A DNA stretch of 59,439 bases from Alphaproteobacteria bacterium (lineage in GTDB: Bacteria > Pseudomonadota > Alphaproteobacteria > ATCC43930 > Allostellaceae): positions 1-59,439 of the forward strand of contig JBFWXJ010000001.1 of assembly GCA_050187535.1 (NCBI GenBank), in the 5' to 3' direction. Each line of letters opens with the position of its first letter. Positions within the stretch are counted from its first letter, which is position 1. The translations under genes and the position numbers were made by a program. Under the pieces are notes generated by a model. The model was given only the letters and a program-made list of their open reading frames with translations. It had not been told where the DNA came from and searched no databases. Below, piece after piece: positions 29,403-39,722 of the stretch.

Positions 29403-29759
29403 TCAGCGCGGCGTCACCGAGAAGCGCACGACGAGGGCGCCGTCCCTGCCCTCGAAGCCGAGCCTGAGGACCTCGCCCTCGCGCCGCCAAGTCGGATTTC
29501 GCCCGGTCCAGCCGAGCTGCGGCAGGGTCTGGTCGTAGAAGCGCACGACGTCGCCGCGCTTCACCGCGCCCGTGGCATAGCTCTCGACGATGCGGCCGTC
29601 CGGCTTGTCGAAGACGAGGCTGCGGTCGGGCACGGCGGCGAGGCCGGGCATCAGCGGCACGTCCTCCAGCCCCTCGACGAAGGCGTCGGCCGCCCCGGCC
29701 GATGCCGGCGCCAGGAGCAACGCGCCTGCGAGCGCGAGCCGGGCCAGTAACCGCAGCAT
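29403..29759 (-). CDS. Conserved exported hypothetical protein
   Basis: Signal peptide; EDVPLMPGL...[10 protein letters not shown]...[11 protein letters not shown]. Confidence 0.75.
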   Translation of the reverse strand: MLRLLARLALAGALLLAPASAGAADAFVEGLEDVPLMPGLAAVPDRSLVFDKPDGRIVESYATGAVKRGDVVRFYDQTLPQLGWTGRNPTWRREGEVLRLGFEGRDGALVVRFSVTPR

Positions 29760-29778
29760 GACGGCCGAGCCTATACCA

Positions 29779-30615
29779 TCAGCGCTGGCAGCGGGCACAA
29801 TAGAATGTCGACCGCCCGGCCTGCACCATCCGGCGCACCTTGTGGCCTGCGGCACAGCGCCGGCAGGCCTCGCCCTCGCGGCCGTAGACGGTCCAGTCGT
29901 GCTGGAAGTAGCCGAGCTCGCCCGAGGCCTGGACGTAGTCCCTGAGCGACGAGCCGCCGGCCGCGATCGCCCGCGTCAGCACGTCGCGGATGGCATCGAC
30001 GAGGCGGTCGGCCCGGGGGCCGACCACGGTCGCCGCCATGCGCCTCGGCGACAACCCGGACTGGTGCAGCGCCTCGCAGGCATAGATGTTGCCGATGCCG
30101 GCCACCACCCGCTGGTCGAGCAGCGCCGCCTTGATCGGCGTGTGCCGGCCGGCCAGGGCTGCCGCCAGCGCCGGCCCGTCGAAGGCCGGGTCCAGCGGCT
30201 CCGGCCCGATGCCGGCGATCAGCGGATGGGCGGCGAGCCCCGTGCGGTCGGAAAGGTCGATGCGGCCGAAGCGCCGGGCGTCGTTGAAGCGCAGCACCGT
30301 GCCGTCGTCGAGATGGATCACGACATGGTCGTGCGGGTCCCTTTGGTTCGGCGCGTGACCCGGTGCCGCGATGGTGATGCGGCCGGACATGCCGAGATGG
30401 GCGATCACCACCGTCGCGTCGTCCAGGTCGACCAGGATGTACTTGGCGCGCCGCCGGACGCCGTCGACGCGGCGCCCTTCCAGCCGCCGCACGAGGTCGG
30501 GCGGCATCGGCGCGCGCAGGTCGGGTCGGTTCATCTCGACGCGGGCGATGCGATGGCCGGTCATCGAGCGGTCGAGGCCCCGCACGACCGTCTCGACCTC
30601 GGGAAGCTCGGGCAT
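29779..30615 (-). CDS. mutM: Formamidopyrimidine-DNA glycosylase
   Basis: MPELPEVET, HLGMSG, GIGNIYACE, C-terminal zinc finger GRSTFYCARCQ. Confidence 0.98.
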   Translation of the reverse strand: MPELPEVETVVRGLDRSMTGHRIARVEMNRPDLRAPMPPDLVRRLEGRRVDGVRRRAKYILVDLDDATVVIAHLGMSGRITIAAPGHAPNQRDPHDHVVIHLDDGTVLRFNDARRFGRIDLSDRTGLAAHPLIAGIGPEPLDPAFDGPALAAALAGRHTPIKAALLDQRVVAGIGNIYACEALHQSGLSPRRMAATVVGPRADRLVDAIRDVLTRAIAAGGSSLRDYVQASGELGYFQHDWTVYGREGEACRRCAAGHKVRRMVQAGRSTFYCARCQR

Positions 30616-30664
30616 GGGCGCCTAAGTAGCGCAATCGCCGGGCCGTGGGCTATCGTCCGCCGCC

Positions 30665-31453
30665 ATGATCGCCAGGCCGCCCGACGACACGACCGCATCC
30701 CCGACCGCCGGTGCGGCGGAAGAGACCGACTTCGGCTTCCGCCGGGTCGCGGCGGCGGACAAGGCGGCGCTCGTGCGTGGTGTCTTCGACAGCGTCGCAC
30801 GGCGCTACGACGTCATGAACGACCTGATGAGCGCCGGCATCCACCGCCTGTGGAAGGACGCCCTGGTCGCCCGGCTGCGCCCGCGCGCGGGCGAGCACCT
30901 CCTCGATCTGGCCGGCGGCACCGGGGACGTGGCGCTACGCATCCGCGCGGCCGCGCCGGCCGCCGAGGTCCTCGTCGTCGACCTGACGCCGGCCATGGTC
31001 GCGGTCGGGCGCGACCGGGCGATCGACCGGGGCGTAGTTGCGGGCATCCATTGGGCGGCGGGCGACGCCGAGCGGCTGCCGCTGGCCGACCGCTCGGTCG
31101 ATGCCGTGACCATCGCTTTCGGACTGCGCAACGTCACCCGGCGCGACCGCGCGCTGGCGGAAGCGCGGCGCGTGCTGCGCCCGGGCGGACGCTATCTCTG
31201 CCTGGAGTTCAGCCGGATGCTGGTCCCCGGCCTCGACCGGCTCTACGACCTCTACTCCTTCTCCGTGCTGCCGGCATTGGGGGGGCTCGTGGCGGGCGAC
31301 CGCGAATCTTACCGCTACCTGGCCGAGAGCATCCGCCGCTTCCCCGACCAGGAGAGCCTGGCGGGCGAGATGACCGCCGCCGGCCTGGAACGGGTGCGCT
31401 GGGCCAACCTCTCGGGCGGCATCGCCGCCCTCCATGTCGGCTGGCGGCTTTAG
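30665..31453 (+). CDS. ubiE: Ubiquinone/menaquinone C-methyltransferase
   Basis: [50 protein letters not shown]. Confidence 0.96.
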   Translation: MIARPPDDTTASPTAGAAEETDFGFRRVAAADKAALVRGVFDSVARRYDVMNDLMSAGIHRLWKDALVARLRPRAGEHLLDLAGGTGDVALRIRAAAPAAEVLVVDLTPAMVAVGRDRAIDRGVVAGIHWAAGDAERLPLADRSVDAVTIAFGLRNVTRRDRALAEARRVLRPGGRYLCLEFSRMLVPGLDRLYDLYSFSVLPALGGLVAGDRESYRYLAESIRRFPDQESLAGEMTAAGLERVRWANLSGGIAALHVGWRL

Positions 31454-31487
31454 GGCCGTCCCGCTACCGCCGCCGGCACCGGCCGCC

Positions 31488-33029
31488 ATGGCCACGCTCC
31501 TCGCCCTGGTCGCGAGCGTCCGCCACCTCTGGCGCCTCGTCGGCATCGCCTTCGTGCTGACGCGCCACGATGCGCTCTTCCCGCTGGAGCGCCTGGGCGC
31601 CTTCCCGGGCATCACGCTCTTCGCCCGCGTGCTGCGGCGCCCGGGGCAGGGCCGCCCGGGGCAGCGCCTGGCGGCCGCCCTGCAGGCGCTGGGCCCGTCC
31701 TTCATCAAGCTCGGGCAGACGCTCTCGACGCGCGCCGACCTGATGGGCGAAGAGGTGGCGGCCGATCTCGCCGGGCTGCGCGACCGGCTGCCGCCATTCT
31801 CGGGCGCGATCGCCCGGGCGACGATCGAAGCGGACCTCGAGCGGCCGCTGGACGAGCTCTTCCTCGAGTTCGATCCGGTGCCCGTCGCCGCCGCCTCGAT
31901 CGCCCAGGTGCATTTCGCGGTCGCCGCCGACGGCCGCCCGGTCGCCGTCAAGGTGCTGCGGCCGGGGATCGAGGCGGCCTTCGCCCGCGATCTCGACCTC
32001 TTCGCGTGGCTGGCGAGCCTGGTCGAGCGCACCCTGCCGATGAGCCGGCGCCTCAAGCCGCGCGAGGCCGTGCGTACCTTCGCCGAGACCGTGCGCCTGG
32101 AGATGGACCTGCGCTTCGAGGCCGCCGCCGCGGCCGAGCTCGCGGAGAACTTCGCGGGCGACGCGTCCTTCCGGGTTCCGGCCGTCGACTGGGCGCGTAC
32201 AGGGCGACGCGTGCTGACGACCGAGCGGGTGATCGGCGTCCCCATCTCCGACCGCGCGGCGATCCTGGCCGCCGGGCACGATCTCCACCAGGTGCTGGCC
32301 AACGCGGCCGGCGCCCTCTTCCAGCAGGTCTTCCGCGACGGCTTTTTCCACGGCGACATGCATCCGGGCAACTGCTTCGTCGCCGCCGACGGCGCGGTGG
32401 TCGCGGTCGATTTCGGCATCATGGGCCGCCTCGACCTCGCCACGCGCGAGTTCCTCGCCGACATGCTGGTCGGCTTCCTGGACGGCGACTACCGCAAGGT
32501 CGCCGACGTGCATTTCCGCGCGGGCTACGTGCCGCCGACACAGTCGCGCGACGCCTTCATGCAGGCATGCCGGTCGATCGGCGAGCCGATCTTCGGCCGG
32601 CCGCTGGCGGAGATCTCGCTGGCCCGGCTGCTGGGCCAGCTCTTCGCCGTGACCGAGCAGTTCGAGATGGAAACGCAGCCGCAGCTCCTGCTGCTGCAGA
32701 AGACGATGCTGGTGGCCGAAGGGGTCGGACGGCATCTCGATCCCGCGGTCAACATGTGGACGCTCGCGCGCCCGCTGGTCGAGGTATGGATGATCGAGAA
32801 CCGCGGCCCCGAGGCGCGCCTGCGCCGCACCCTCGACGACGTCGTCGGGATGGCGCGGCGCCTGCCGGCGCTGATCGACGCGGTCGAGGCGCTGGGCCAT
32901 GCGGCGAAGACCGGCATCCGCCTGCACCCGGAAGCGCAGCGCGCGCGCCTCGGCGACCGCCTCGCGATCTGGGCGCTGGCGGCGGCGGTCGCGGCGCTGG
33001 CGGCGGCGTTGTTCGCGCTCGCCCTGTGA
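31488..33029 (+). CDS. ubiB: UbiB (ABC1 atypical kinase family)
   Basis: LGPSFIKLGQ, AAASIAQVH, VAVKVLRP, FFHGDMHPGN, DFGIMG; follows ubiE. Confidence 0.96.
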   Translation: MATLLALVASVRHLWRLVGIAFVLTRHDALFPLERLGAFPGITLFARVLRRPGQGRPGQRLAAALQALGPSFIKLGQTLSTRADLMGEEVAADLAGLRDRLPPFSGAIARATIEADLERPLDELFLEFDPVPVAAASIAQVHFAVAADGRPVAVKVLRPGIEAAFARDLDLFAWLASLVERTLPMSRRLKPREAVRTFAETVRLEMDLRFEAAAAAELAENFAGDASFRVPAVDWARTGRRVLTTERVIGVPISDRAAILAAGHDLHQVLANAAGALFQQVFRDGFFHGDMHPGNCFVAADGAVVAVDFGIMGRLDLATREFLADMLVGFLDGDYRKVADVHFRAGYVPPTQSRDAFMQACRSIGEPIFGRPLAEISLARLLGQLFAVTEQFEMETQPQLLLLQKTMLVAEGVGRHLDPAVNMWTLARPLVEVWMIENRGPEARLRRTLDDVVGMARRLPALIDAVEALGHAAKTGIRLHPEAQRARLGDRLAIWALAAAVAALAAALFALAL

Positions 33030-33067
33030 ACTATCCTGCCACCCGCAATTCGAGGGGGGAGGAGCGA

Positions 33068-33547
33068 ATGCGCAACCGGGCCGGTCTCGCCATCGCCGTC
33101 GTCGCCGCGGGCGTGCTCGCGGGCTGCGCGTCGGAGCCCCCGCCCCCGCCCCCGCGGGCGCTCTATCCGGCACTCGACTGCACCCAGGCGATCTGGAGCG
33201 GCAGCCCCTATCCGAGCCCGCCGCACAGCGTGACGGTGCTGGCCGGCTCGCCTGCCGCCGTCGCCATCTACGGGACCCCGGGCACCACGCCCTGGGGCCT
33301 GCAATGCATGAACGGCTACGTTCGCACCGGCTGCCACATGGGCGCCGACACGCGCTTCGGCCCCTATGCCTATCCCGGCACCTTCCCGACCCCCTACGCC
33401 ATCGTCCCGGCTCCCGCGGCGGAAGCCGGCGGCTGGGATCTGCGCGTCGACGGCACACCCGAGGGCAACGGCTGCTACACCACCCGCCCGGACCTCGTGA
33501 CCCGCGCCTACATCGCGATATCCTGCTGCCGGGCGGTGCTGCGCTGA
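33068..33547 (+). CDS. Cys-rich lipoprotein with resistin-like C-terminal motif
   Basis: GGAGGAG RBS; lipobox VLAGC; Pro linker; C..GY..TGC...GWDLR...C...CCR. Confidence 0.75.
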   Translation: MRNRAGLAIAVVAAGVLAGCASEPPPPPPRALYPALDCTQAIWSGSPYPSPPHSVTVLAGSPAAVAIYGTPGTTPWGLQCMNGYVRTGCHMGADTRFGPYAYPGTFPTPYAIVPAPAAEAGGWDLRVDGTPEGNGCYTTRPDLVTRAYIAISCCRAVLR

Positions 33548-33631
33548 CGTAGCCCGGATTGCCGCGCAAGAAGCGGGGCGCGCCGCTGACGGCGTAAGCC
33601 TACTCAGCCATGGAACCCGAAGGAGGGATCC

Positions 33632-34921
33632 ATGGCTTCCGAGATCGCGTCGCCCGGCTTCCGGCGTCTCGCCTGGTCGAACCTCGCCGCCCAGGCGGGC
33701 GAGCAGATGGCGCTGGCGGCCGCACCCCTGGCAGCCGTTCTGGTGCTGGGTGCGGGCGTCGCGGAGACGGGGGCGCTGGCCGCCGCCCAGACGCTGCCCT
33801 TCCTGCTGCTGGCCCTGCCGATGGGCCTGCTGGCCGACCGCATCGCACGCCGTCGGCTGATGGCGACGGCCGAAGCCGTCCGCGCCACGGCGCTTGCGAT
33901 GGTGCCGGTCGCCGCCGCACTCGACCTGCTCTCGGTGCCGTTGCTGGCGGTGCTGGGCTTCGTTGCGGCGACGGGGACGCTCGCCTTCGGCGTGGCCGCG
34001 CCGTCGCTGGTGCCGGCCCTGGTGCCGCGCGCGGCGCTGGCGGCGGCCAACGGCCGGCTGGAGCTGGCGCGCAGCATCGCATTCGCCGCCGGCCCGGCGC
34101 TGGCGGGCGCCGCCGCGGCGTGGACGGGCGCATCCGCCGCATTCGTCGCGGCCGCCGCCCTGTCCGCGCTGGCGGCCCTGCTGCTGGCGGGACTGCCCGA
34201 GCCGCCACGGCCGCCGGTGCCGGCGCGCCGACCGCTGGACGAGCTGCGCGAGGGGGCGGCCTTCGTGCTGGGCCACAGGCTGCTGCGGCCGGTCCTGGCG
34301 ACGGCCGTCGGCTGGAACGTCGCGTGGTTCGTGCTACAGGCCGCGTGGGTCCCCTATGCCATGGACGTCATCGGCCTGACGGCGGCCGGCGTCGGCACGG
34401 TGCTCGCCTGCTACGGCGCGGGCATGGTCGCGGGGGCAGCAGCCACGCCCTGGATCGCCCGGCGCCTGACGATCGGGCGGATGATCGCGACAGGGCCGCT
34501 GGTCTCGGTCGCCGCCGCCCTGCTGATGGCCGCCACCATCTGCTGGCCGCATCCGGCCCTGGCGGCGGCCGGATTCTTCCTGTTCGGTGCCGGGCCCCTG
34601 ATCTGGACGATCGGCCAGACGACGCTGCGCCAGGCTGTTACTCCAGACGGGATGCTCGGCCGTGCGTCCGCACTGATGACCATGGCGACCTTCGGCGCAC
34701 GACCGATCGGTGCCGCGATCGGGGCGGCCGTCGGTGCGGCGGCGGGCCCCGCCGCCTGCATCGCCCTGGCGGCAGCCGGGTTCGTGGTCCAGGCGGCGAT
34801 CATCGCGCTTTCCGCCATCCCGCGCCTGGAAGCGCTGCCCGACGCGCCGACGGTTCAGGCGCGCGGCGTACCGTCGGCCGCGATGAATCGGGTGGCGGCG
34901 ACCTGCCAGCGCGCGACGTAG
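33632..34921 (+). CDS. MFS transporter
   Basis: FRRLAWSN, GLLADRIARRRLM, RQAVTPDGMLGRAS; about 12 hydrophobic segments. Confidence 0.9.
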   Translation: MASEIASPGFRRLAWSNLAAQAGEQMALAAAPLAAVLVLGAGVAETGALAAAQTLPFLLLALPMGLLADRIARRRLMATAEAVRATALAMVPVAAALDLLSVPLLAVLGFVAATGTLAFGVAAPSLVPALVPRAALAAANGRLELARSIAFAAGPALAGAAAAWTGASAAFVAAAALSALAALLLAGLPEPPRPPVPARRPLDELREGAAFVLGHRLLRPVLATAVGWNVAWFVLQAAWVPYAMDVIGLTAAGVGTVLACYGAGMVAGAAATPWIARRLTIGRMIATGPLVSVAAALLMAATICWPHPALAAAGFFLFGAGPLIWTIGQTTLRQAVTPDGMLGRASALMTMATFGARPIGAAIGAAVGAAAGPAACIALAAAGFVVQAAIIALSAIPRLEALPDAPTVQARGVPSAAMNRVAATCQRAT

Positions 34922-35018
34922 CGGTACTTCGGGTCGAGCTGTTTAGTATGTCACACAGGCAAACGTCGGACCCCCTCCCCGTTGCAACCGCCATCCGCAT
35001 CCACCGATCGGACCCCCC

Positions 35019-36143
35019 ATGAAGATCGCCATCCTCGGCAACTCCGCCCGCAATGCCGGCGTCCACCTCGCGGCCGACCTGGCGATGGCCGGCCATGAGG
35101 TGCGGCTGGCGCCGCTCGCGGGCGACCGTCTCGACATCGACGCGATCGCGCGCGACGGCATCCGCCTGGAAGGCCCGGCGGCCGAGCTCACCGGCGGCCG
35201 CCCCGGCGTGGCGCGGCTGGCCGCCGCGACGGCCGATCCGGCCGAGGCGACCGACGGTGCCGAGCTGGTGATCGTCGACATGGAGTCCCTGAAGTACGAG
35301 GCGCACGGGCCGGCGATCGCCGCCGCGCTGCGGCCGGGGCAGGTCGTCCATGTCGATACGCATGGCTACTGGGCCGCCCTGCGCCTGTGGCCGTTCCTGG
35401 TGGCCGCCGGCCGGACCGACGTGGTGGTGACGGAGACCGTCGCGCCGATCGCGTCGGCCAGCTGGGTGGATGGCACCGTCCATGTGCAGAAGCGGCGCCG
35501 TGCGCTCGACGCCGGCGCCTTCCCGTCCGAGCGGAGCGCGGCGGCACTCGGCCTGCTCGCCCGCGCCGTGCCCGCGATGCAGCCGGCCCGGGACGTGCTG
35601 CAGACGAACCTCGCCAATGGCAACCTGCTCGTCCATCCGGCGATGCTGCTGCTCAATGTCGGCTGGTTCGACCGGGCGGAGGCGGAAGGGCAGCGTGCCG
35701 ACTGCTACGGCGAGGGGGTGACGGCGCATGTCTCCCGCCTCGCCGCGGCGCAGGACCGCGAGGTCGCCCTCGTGGCCCAGGCCTACGGCGTGCCGTCGCG
35801 CAGCGCCGCGGAAGCCGTCCGCCGCCTCTATGGTGGCGAGGGCGACGATTTCCGCGCGGCCGTAAAAGGCTGCGACTACTACCAGTCGCTGGGGCCCCTG
35901 CCGGCCGCGACCTGGCGCGGCTGGGGCAAGGTCGACCTGACGCACACGCTGGTCCCGATGGTGGCGCTCGCCCGGATGGCCGGCGTGAAGGTGCCGATCC
36001 ACGAGGGCTACGTCGCCCTCTTCGCCGCCCTCCTGGGCTGTGACCCCGTGGCGGAGGGGCTGACGCCGGAGCGCCTCGGCATCGCCGGCATGGATCGCGC
36101 TGCCCTCGGCCACTTCCTGCGAACGGGACGCCGCGGCGACTGA
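35019..36143 (+). CDS. NAD/NADP octopine/nopaline (opine) dehydrogenase family protein
   Basis: N-terminal Rossmann-like MKIAILG...AADL...GHEV; NGNLLVHPAMLLLN, YGEGVT and GLTPERLG of the opine DH C-domain. Confidence 0.8.
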   Translation: MKIAILGNSARNAGVHLAADLAMAGHEVRLAPLAGDRLDIDAIARDGIRLEGPAAELTGGRPGVARLAAATADPAEATDGAELVIVDMESLKYEAHGPAIAAALRPGQVVHVDTHGYWAALRLWPFLVAAGRTDVVVTETVAPIASASWVDGTVHVQKRRRALDAGAFPSERSAAALGLLARAVPAMQPARDVLQTNLANGNLLVHPAMLLLNVGWFDRAEAEGQRADCYGEGVTAHVSRLAAAQDREVALVAQAYGVPSRSAAEAVRRLYGGEGDDFRAAVKGCDYYQSLGPLPAATWRGWGKVDLTHTLVPMVALARMAGVKVPIHEGYVALFAALLGCDPVAEGLTPERLGIAGMDRAALGHFLRTGRRGD

Positions 36144-36152
36144 CCCCCGACT

Positions 36153-36953
36153 TCAGCCGCGCACCGCCTCCACATAGGCGAGCGGGAGGGTCAGCGACAG
36201 CGGCGCCGGCAGCGCCGCCGTCGCCATGCGCAAGGTCTCGTCATCCGCGACGCTGCTCCATGCCGGCAGGAATCCGAGACGGATCAGGTGGTGCCCGAAC
36301 AGCGCCTCGCCGGAGGCGAATCGCATGGCGAGGCGCCGGCGACGGACACGTTCGACGACGAGCCCCGCGCCGGAGCAGAGGCGCTTCAGCCCGGCCACCG
36401 TCGCACGATGGCGGACATGGGCATCCAGCCGTTCGAGCGCGGCCGTGTCGCCTCGGTCGCGCAGCATGCCGGCCAGCGCCGCGTAGAGCTCCGCCATGTG
36501 GCCGACGAGGTTGGTCGTGAATGCCAGCCGCCCGCCCGGCCGCAGCACCCGCCGACACTCCGCGAAGACGGCCGGCGGATCATCGAAGTTGTTGACCCCG
36601 AAGTTGGAGACGGCGAGGTCGAAGGCGCCTTCGCGGAACGGCAGGCGGCCGCCCGACCCGGCGATCGCGACCGCGCCGGCGATGCCCCACGTCTCGGCCT
36701 TCGCCCGGGCACGGGCCAGTGCGGCGATCCACGGATCGACGCCGCAGACGAGCGCGCCCGGCCCCGACCGCTCCGCCAGCTCCAGCATGGGAAAGCCGGT
36801 GCCGCAGCCGAGGTCGAGGATGCGAGCACCCCGCGCCAGCGGCACATGGTCGAGCAGCAGCAGCCCGGCCGTGGCCGACCACAACGGAAGCTCGTCACAG
36901 GCGGCGACGACCCGGGGATCGGCGAGGTCGAAGCCGCCGACGATGGTGCTCAG
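36153..36953 (-). CDS. Class I SAM-dependent methyltransferase (start uncertain; CTG 36953 or TTG 36884)
   Basis: DELPLWS, ILDLGCGTGFP, FDLAVSNFG, RVLRPGG; frame open from just after the upstream stop. Confidence 0.85.
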   Translation of the reverse strand: MSTIVGGFDLADPRVVAACDELPLWSATAGLLLLDHVPLARGARILDLGCGTGFPMLELAERSGPGALVCGVDPWIAALARARAKAETWGIAGAVAIAGSGGRLPFREGAFDLAVSNFGVNNFDDPPAVFAECRRVLRPGGRLAFTTNLVGHMAELYAALAGMLRDRGDTAALERLDAHVRHRATVAGLKRLCSGAGLVVERVRRRRLAMRFASGEALFGHHLIRLGFLPAWSSVADDETLRMATAALPAPLSLTLPLAYVEAVRG

Positions 36954-36962
36954 CCCAGCACC

Positions 36963-38132
36963 TCAGCCGGTGACGGCCTGGTAGACGAGGCTGCGGAAGA
37001 GCTGGCGGTAGTAGAGGCGCAGGTTCGGCGCCTGCAGCATGAGGATCGCAATCAGCCGCTCGGCCGGGTCGATCCAGAAATATGTGCCGGCGACGCCGCT
37101 CCAGTAGTAGTCGCCGGTCGAGCCCGGCACCGGCGCGATGCCGGGCGCCAGCCGCACGCTGAAGCCGAGGCCGAAGCCGTAACCCGGCCCGGGCAGGTAG
37201 TTCGGCCCGCGGTCGATCTGGCCCAGATGGTCGGACGACATGAGGGCCACGGTCTTGGGCGAGACCAGCCGGACGCCGTCGACGGCCCCGCCGCCCAGCA
37301 TGAGGCGGCAGAACTGGAGGTAGTCGGCAGCGGTCGAGACCATGCCGCCGCCGCCCGACTTGAAGGCGGCGTCCCTGGTGACGTCGTTCAGCTCCATCAT
37401 CGCCTTGCCGTCCGGGTCGGGGGCGGCCTCGGCGATGCGGCCATGGCCGGCGGCCGGCACGGTGAAGCCCGAATCCGTCATTCCGAGCGGGCCGAGGATG
37501 CGGCTGGCGAGGAACCGGTCGAGCCCCTCGCCCGAGACGATCTCGACGATGCGGCCGAGCACGTCGGTCGAGACGCTGTATTCGAAGCCCGAACCGGGCT
37601 GGCGGGCGAGCGGCAGCAGCGCCAGCTTCTCGACGAGCTGTGCCGCCGTCTCGTCCCGCCGGCCGATCCCGGCCTCCCGATAGGCGCGGTGGACGGCGGT
37701 CTCGCCCTGCTGGCCGTAGACGAGGCCGGACGTGTGGCGCAGCAGGTCCTGCACCGTCATCTCGCGTTCGAGCGGACGGCGCGCCGCGCCGACACGCAGG
37801 CCGGCGAAGGCGGGGATGAAACGGCTGACCGGGTCGGAGAGCAGGAAATGCCCTTCCTCGACCAGCATCATGATCGCGAGGCTCACGATCGGCTTCGTCA
37901 TGGAGTAGATGCGGAAGATCGCATCCGTGGTCATCGCGGCACCGGTCGCCGGGTCGCGCTGGCCCACCGCCTCGCAATAGGCGACGCGGTCGTCGCGGCA
38001 GACCAGCGCGACCGCGCCGGCGATGCGGCCGCGGGCGACGTGGTCGCCCAGCACCTGGCCGATGCGGGCGAGGCGCTCGGACGAGAGCCCTGGCGTGGCG
38101 GAGTCGGCCGGCGCCGGTTCGATGCGGTCCAT
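36963..38132 (-). CDS. Serine hydrolase, beta-lactamase class C/EstB-like
   Basis: FRIYSMTKP (SxxK), LLRHTSG, FEYS, GGGGMVST, WSGVAGTYFWIDP. Confidence 0.93.
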   Translation of the reverse strand: MDRIEPAPADSATPGLSSERLARIGQVLGDHVARGRIAGAVALVCRDDRVAYCEAVGQRDPATGAAMTTDAIFRIYSMTKPIVSLAIMMLVEEGHFLLSDPVSRFIPAFAGLRVGAARRPLEREMTVQDLLRHTSGLVYGQQGETAVHRAYREAGIGRRDETAAQLVEKLALLPLARQPGSGFEYSVSTDVLGRIVEIVSGEGLDRFLASRILGPLGMTDSGFTVPAAGHGRIAEAAPDPDGKAMMELNDVTRDAAFKSGGGGMVSTAADYLQFCRLMLGGGAVDGVRLVSPKTVALMSSDHLGQIDRGPNYLPGPGYGFGLGFSVRLAPGIAPVPGSTGDYYWSGVAGTYFWIDPAERLIAILMLQAPNLRLYYRQLFRSLVYQAVTG

Positions 38133-38204
38133 GGAGGCGGCTCCTCGGGAGGATGGATATCCCGAGCCTAGCAGGGGGCGGCGGCCGCTCCCAGCCCGAG
38201 TGCG

Positions 38205-39581
38205 CTAATCGGTGTCGCGGCCGCGCGCGCACAGGCGGGCGAGGCTGACGACCATCCCGACGGCGGCGATCGCCGAGCCCAGCAGCAGCGCCCCGACCGC
38301 GCCATGGCCGTCGCCCGGCCGGGCCGCCGCCAGGCCGAGCACGACCGCGACGAGCGCGGCCCCGGTCGTCTGGCCCATCAGGCGCGAGACCGAGAGGACG
38401 CCGCCCGCCGCCCCGCTGCGCTCGCGCGGTACGCTGGTCAGCAGCGCGCGGTTGTTGGGCGCCTGGAAGAAGCCGAAGCCGAGACCGCAGAGCGCCATCC
38501 GCCAGATGATGTCGGGTGCCGCCGGCGAGGCGGGCATCAGTGCGAGCGCGAGCAGCCCCGATGTCATCGCCGCCAACCCGATGCCGGCGAGCACGCCGAC
38601 CGGCCAGGAATCGGCGAGCCGGCCGGAGATGGGGGCGACCGCGGCGACCGCGATCGGCCAGGCGGTCATGAGGAAGCCCGCCTCGACCTGGGTGCGGCCC
38701 GCTCCTTCGACGAGCAGGAACGGCAGCGACACCATGCCCAGCGCCTGCGCCGAATAGCAGAGGATCGCCGTTGCCGCCGAGAGCGAGAAGGCCGGGCGGC
38801 GGAACAGGTCGACGGCCAGCACGGGGGCGGCCAGCCCGCGCTGCCGGCGCACGAAGGTCCAGCCGCAGCCGATCGCGGCCGCCGCCGCCACGCCTGCGAG
38901 AAGGCGCTCGCCATGGGCGAGCCCGTCCATGGCGCCGACCGCGAGCCCGATGGTGATGACGGAAAGTGCCGCACTCGGCAGGTCGAAGGGATGGCCGCTG
39001 CCGGTCATCGGCGGGATCGAGCGCCGCGCCAGGAGGAAGGCCAGGGTCCCCGCCGGTACGCCGATGGCGAAGAGCCACGGCCATGACGCCACCGAGAGCA
39101 CCAGCGAGGACAGGGTGGGGCCGGTCGCCGACGCAGTGGCGACGATCAGCGAGTTGAGGCCGATGCCGCGGCCGAGATGGCTGCGCGGATAGACGTAGCG
39201 CACCAGGGCCGCGTTCACGCTCATGATGGCGCCGCCGCCGAATCCCTGGGCGAGCCGGGCGGCCACCAGCATGGCGAGCCCGTCGGCCGATGCGGAGACG
39301 ATGGCTCCCACGGCGAAGACGACGAGACCGGTCAGGTAGATGCGCCGATAGCCGACCACGTCGCCCAGCGCCGAGAGCGGCAGCAGTGAGACGGTGACCG
39401 CCATCTGGTAGGCGTTGACCACCCAGATCGCCGACGAGGAGTCGACGCCCAGATCGCGCGCGATGGTCGGCAGCGCGACGTTGGCCAGCGACATGTCGAT
39501 GACGATGATCGAGATCGAAACGGCGAGCGAAAGCACGGCCCAGCGCCGCTGACGCGGCGGCAGCCCGTCGGCGGCGTCCAT
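38205..39581 (-). CDS. MFS transporter, DHA2-like
   Basis: ANVALPTIA, WVVNAYQ, ARLAQGFG, GFGFFQAPNN. Confidence 0.92.
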   Translation of the reverse strand: MDAADGLPPRQRRWAVLSLAVSISIIVIDMSLANVALPTIARDLGVDSSSAIWVVNAYQMAVTVSLLPLSALGDVVGYRRIYLTGLVVFAVGAIVSASADGLAMLVAARLAQGFGGGAIMSVNAALVRYVYPRSHLGRGIGLNSLIVATASATGPTLSSLVLSVASWPWLFAIGVPAGTLAFLLARRSIPPMTGSGHPFDLPSAALSVITIGLAVGAMDGLAHGERLLAGVAAAAAIGCGWTFVRRQRGLAAPVLAVDLFRRPAFSLSAATAILCYSAQALGMVSLPFLLVEGAGRTQVEAGFLMTAWPIAVAAVAPISGRLADSWPVGVLAGIGLAAMTSGLLALALMPASPAAPDIIWRMALCGLGFGFFQAPNNRALLTSVPRERSGAAGGVLSVSRLMGQTTGAALVAVVLGLAAARPGDGHGAVGALLLGSAIAAVGMVVSLARLCARGRDTD

Positions 39582-39722
39582 GGGGCGGCGTCGATGGTGG
39601 AAGGGAAGCCGCGAGGATGGCCCCTGCCGGTTCATTTCGCAAGTGCGAGATGAGCCGCGCCCGCGCTTGCGGCGGCCGCACCCCGCGCCTACCTTCCGGG
39701 CGCCACAGGCGGAGCCCCTCAC

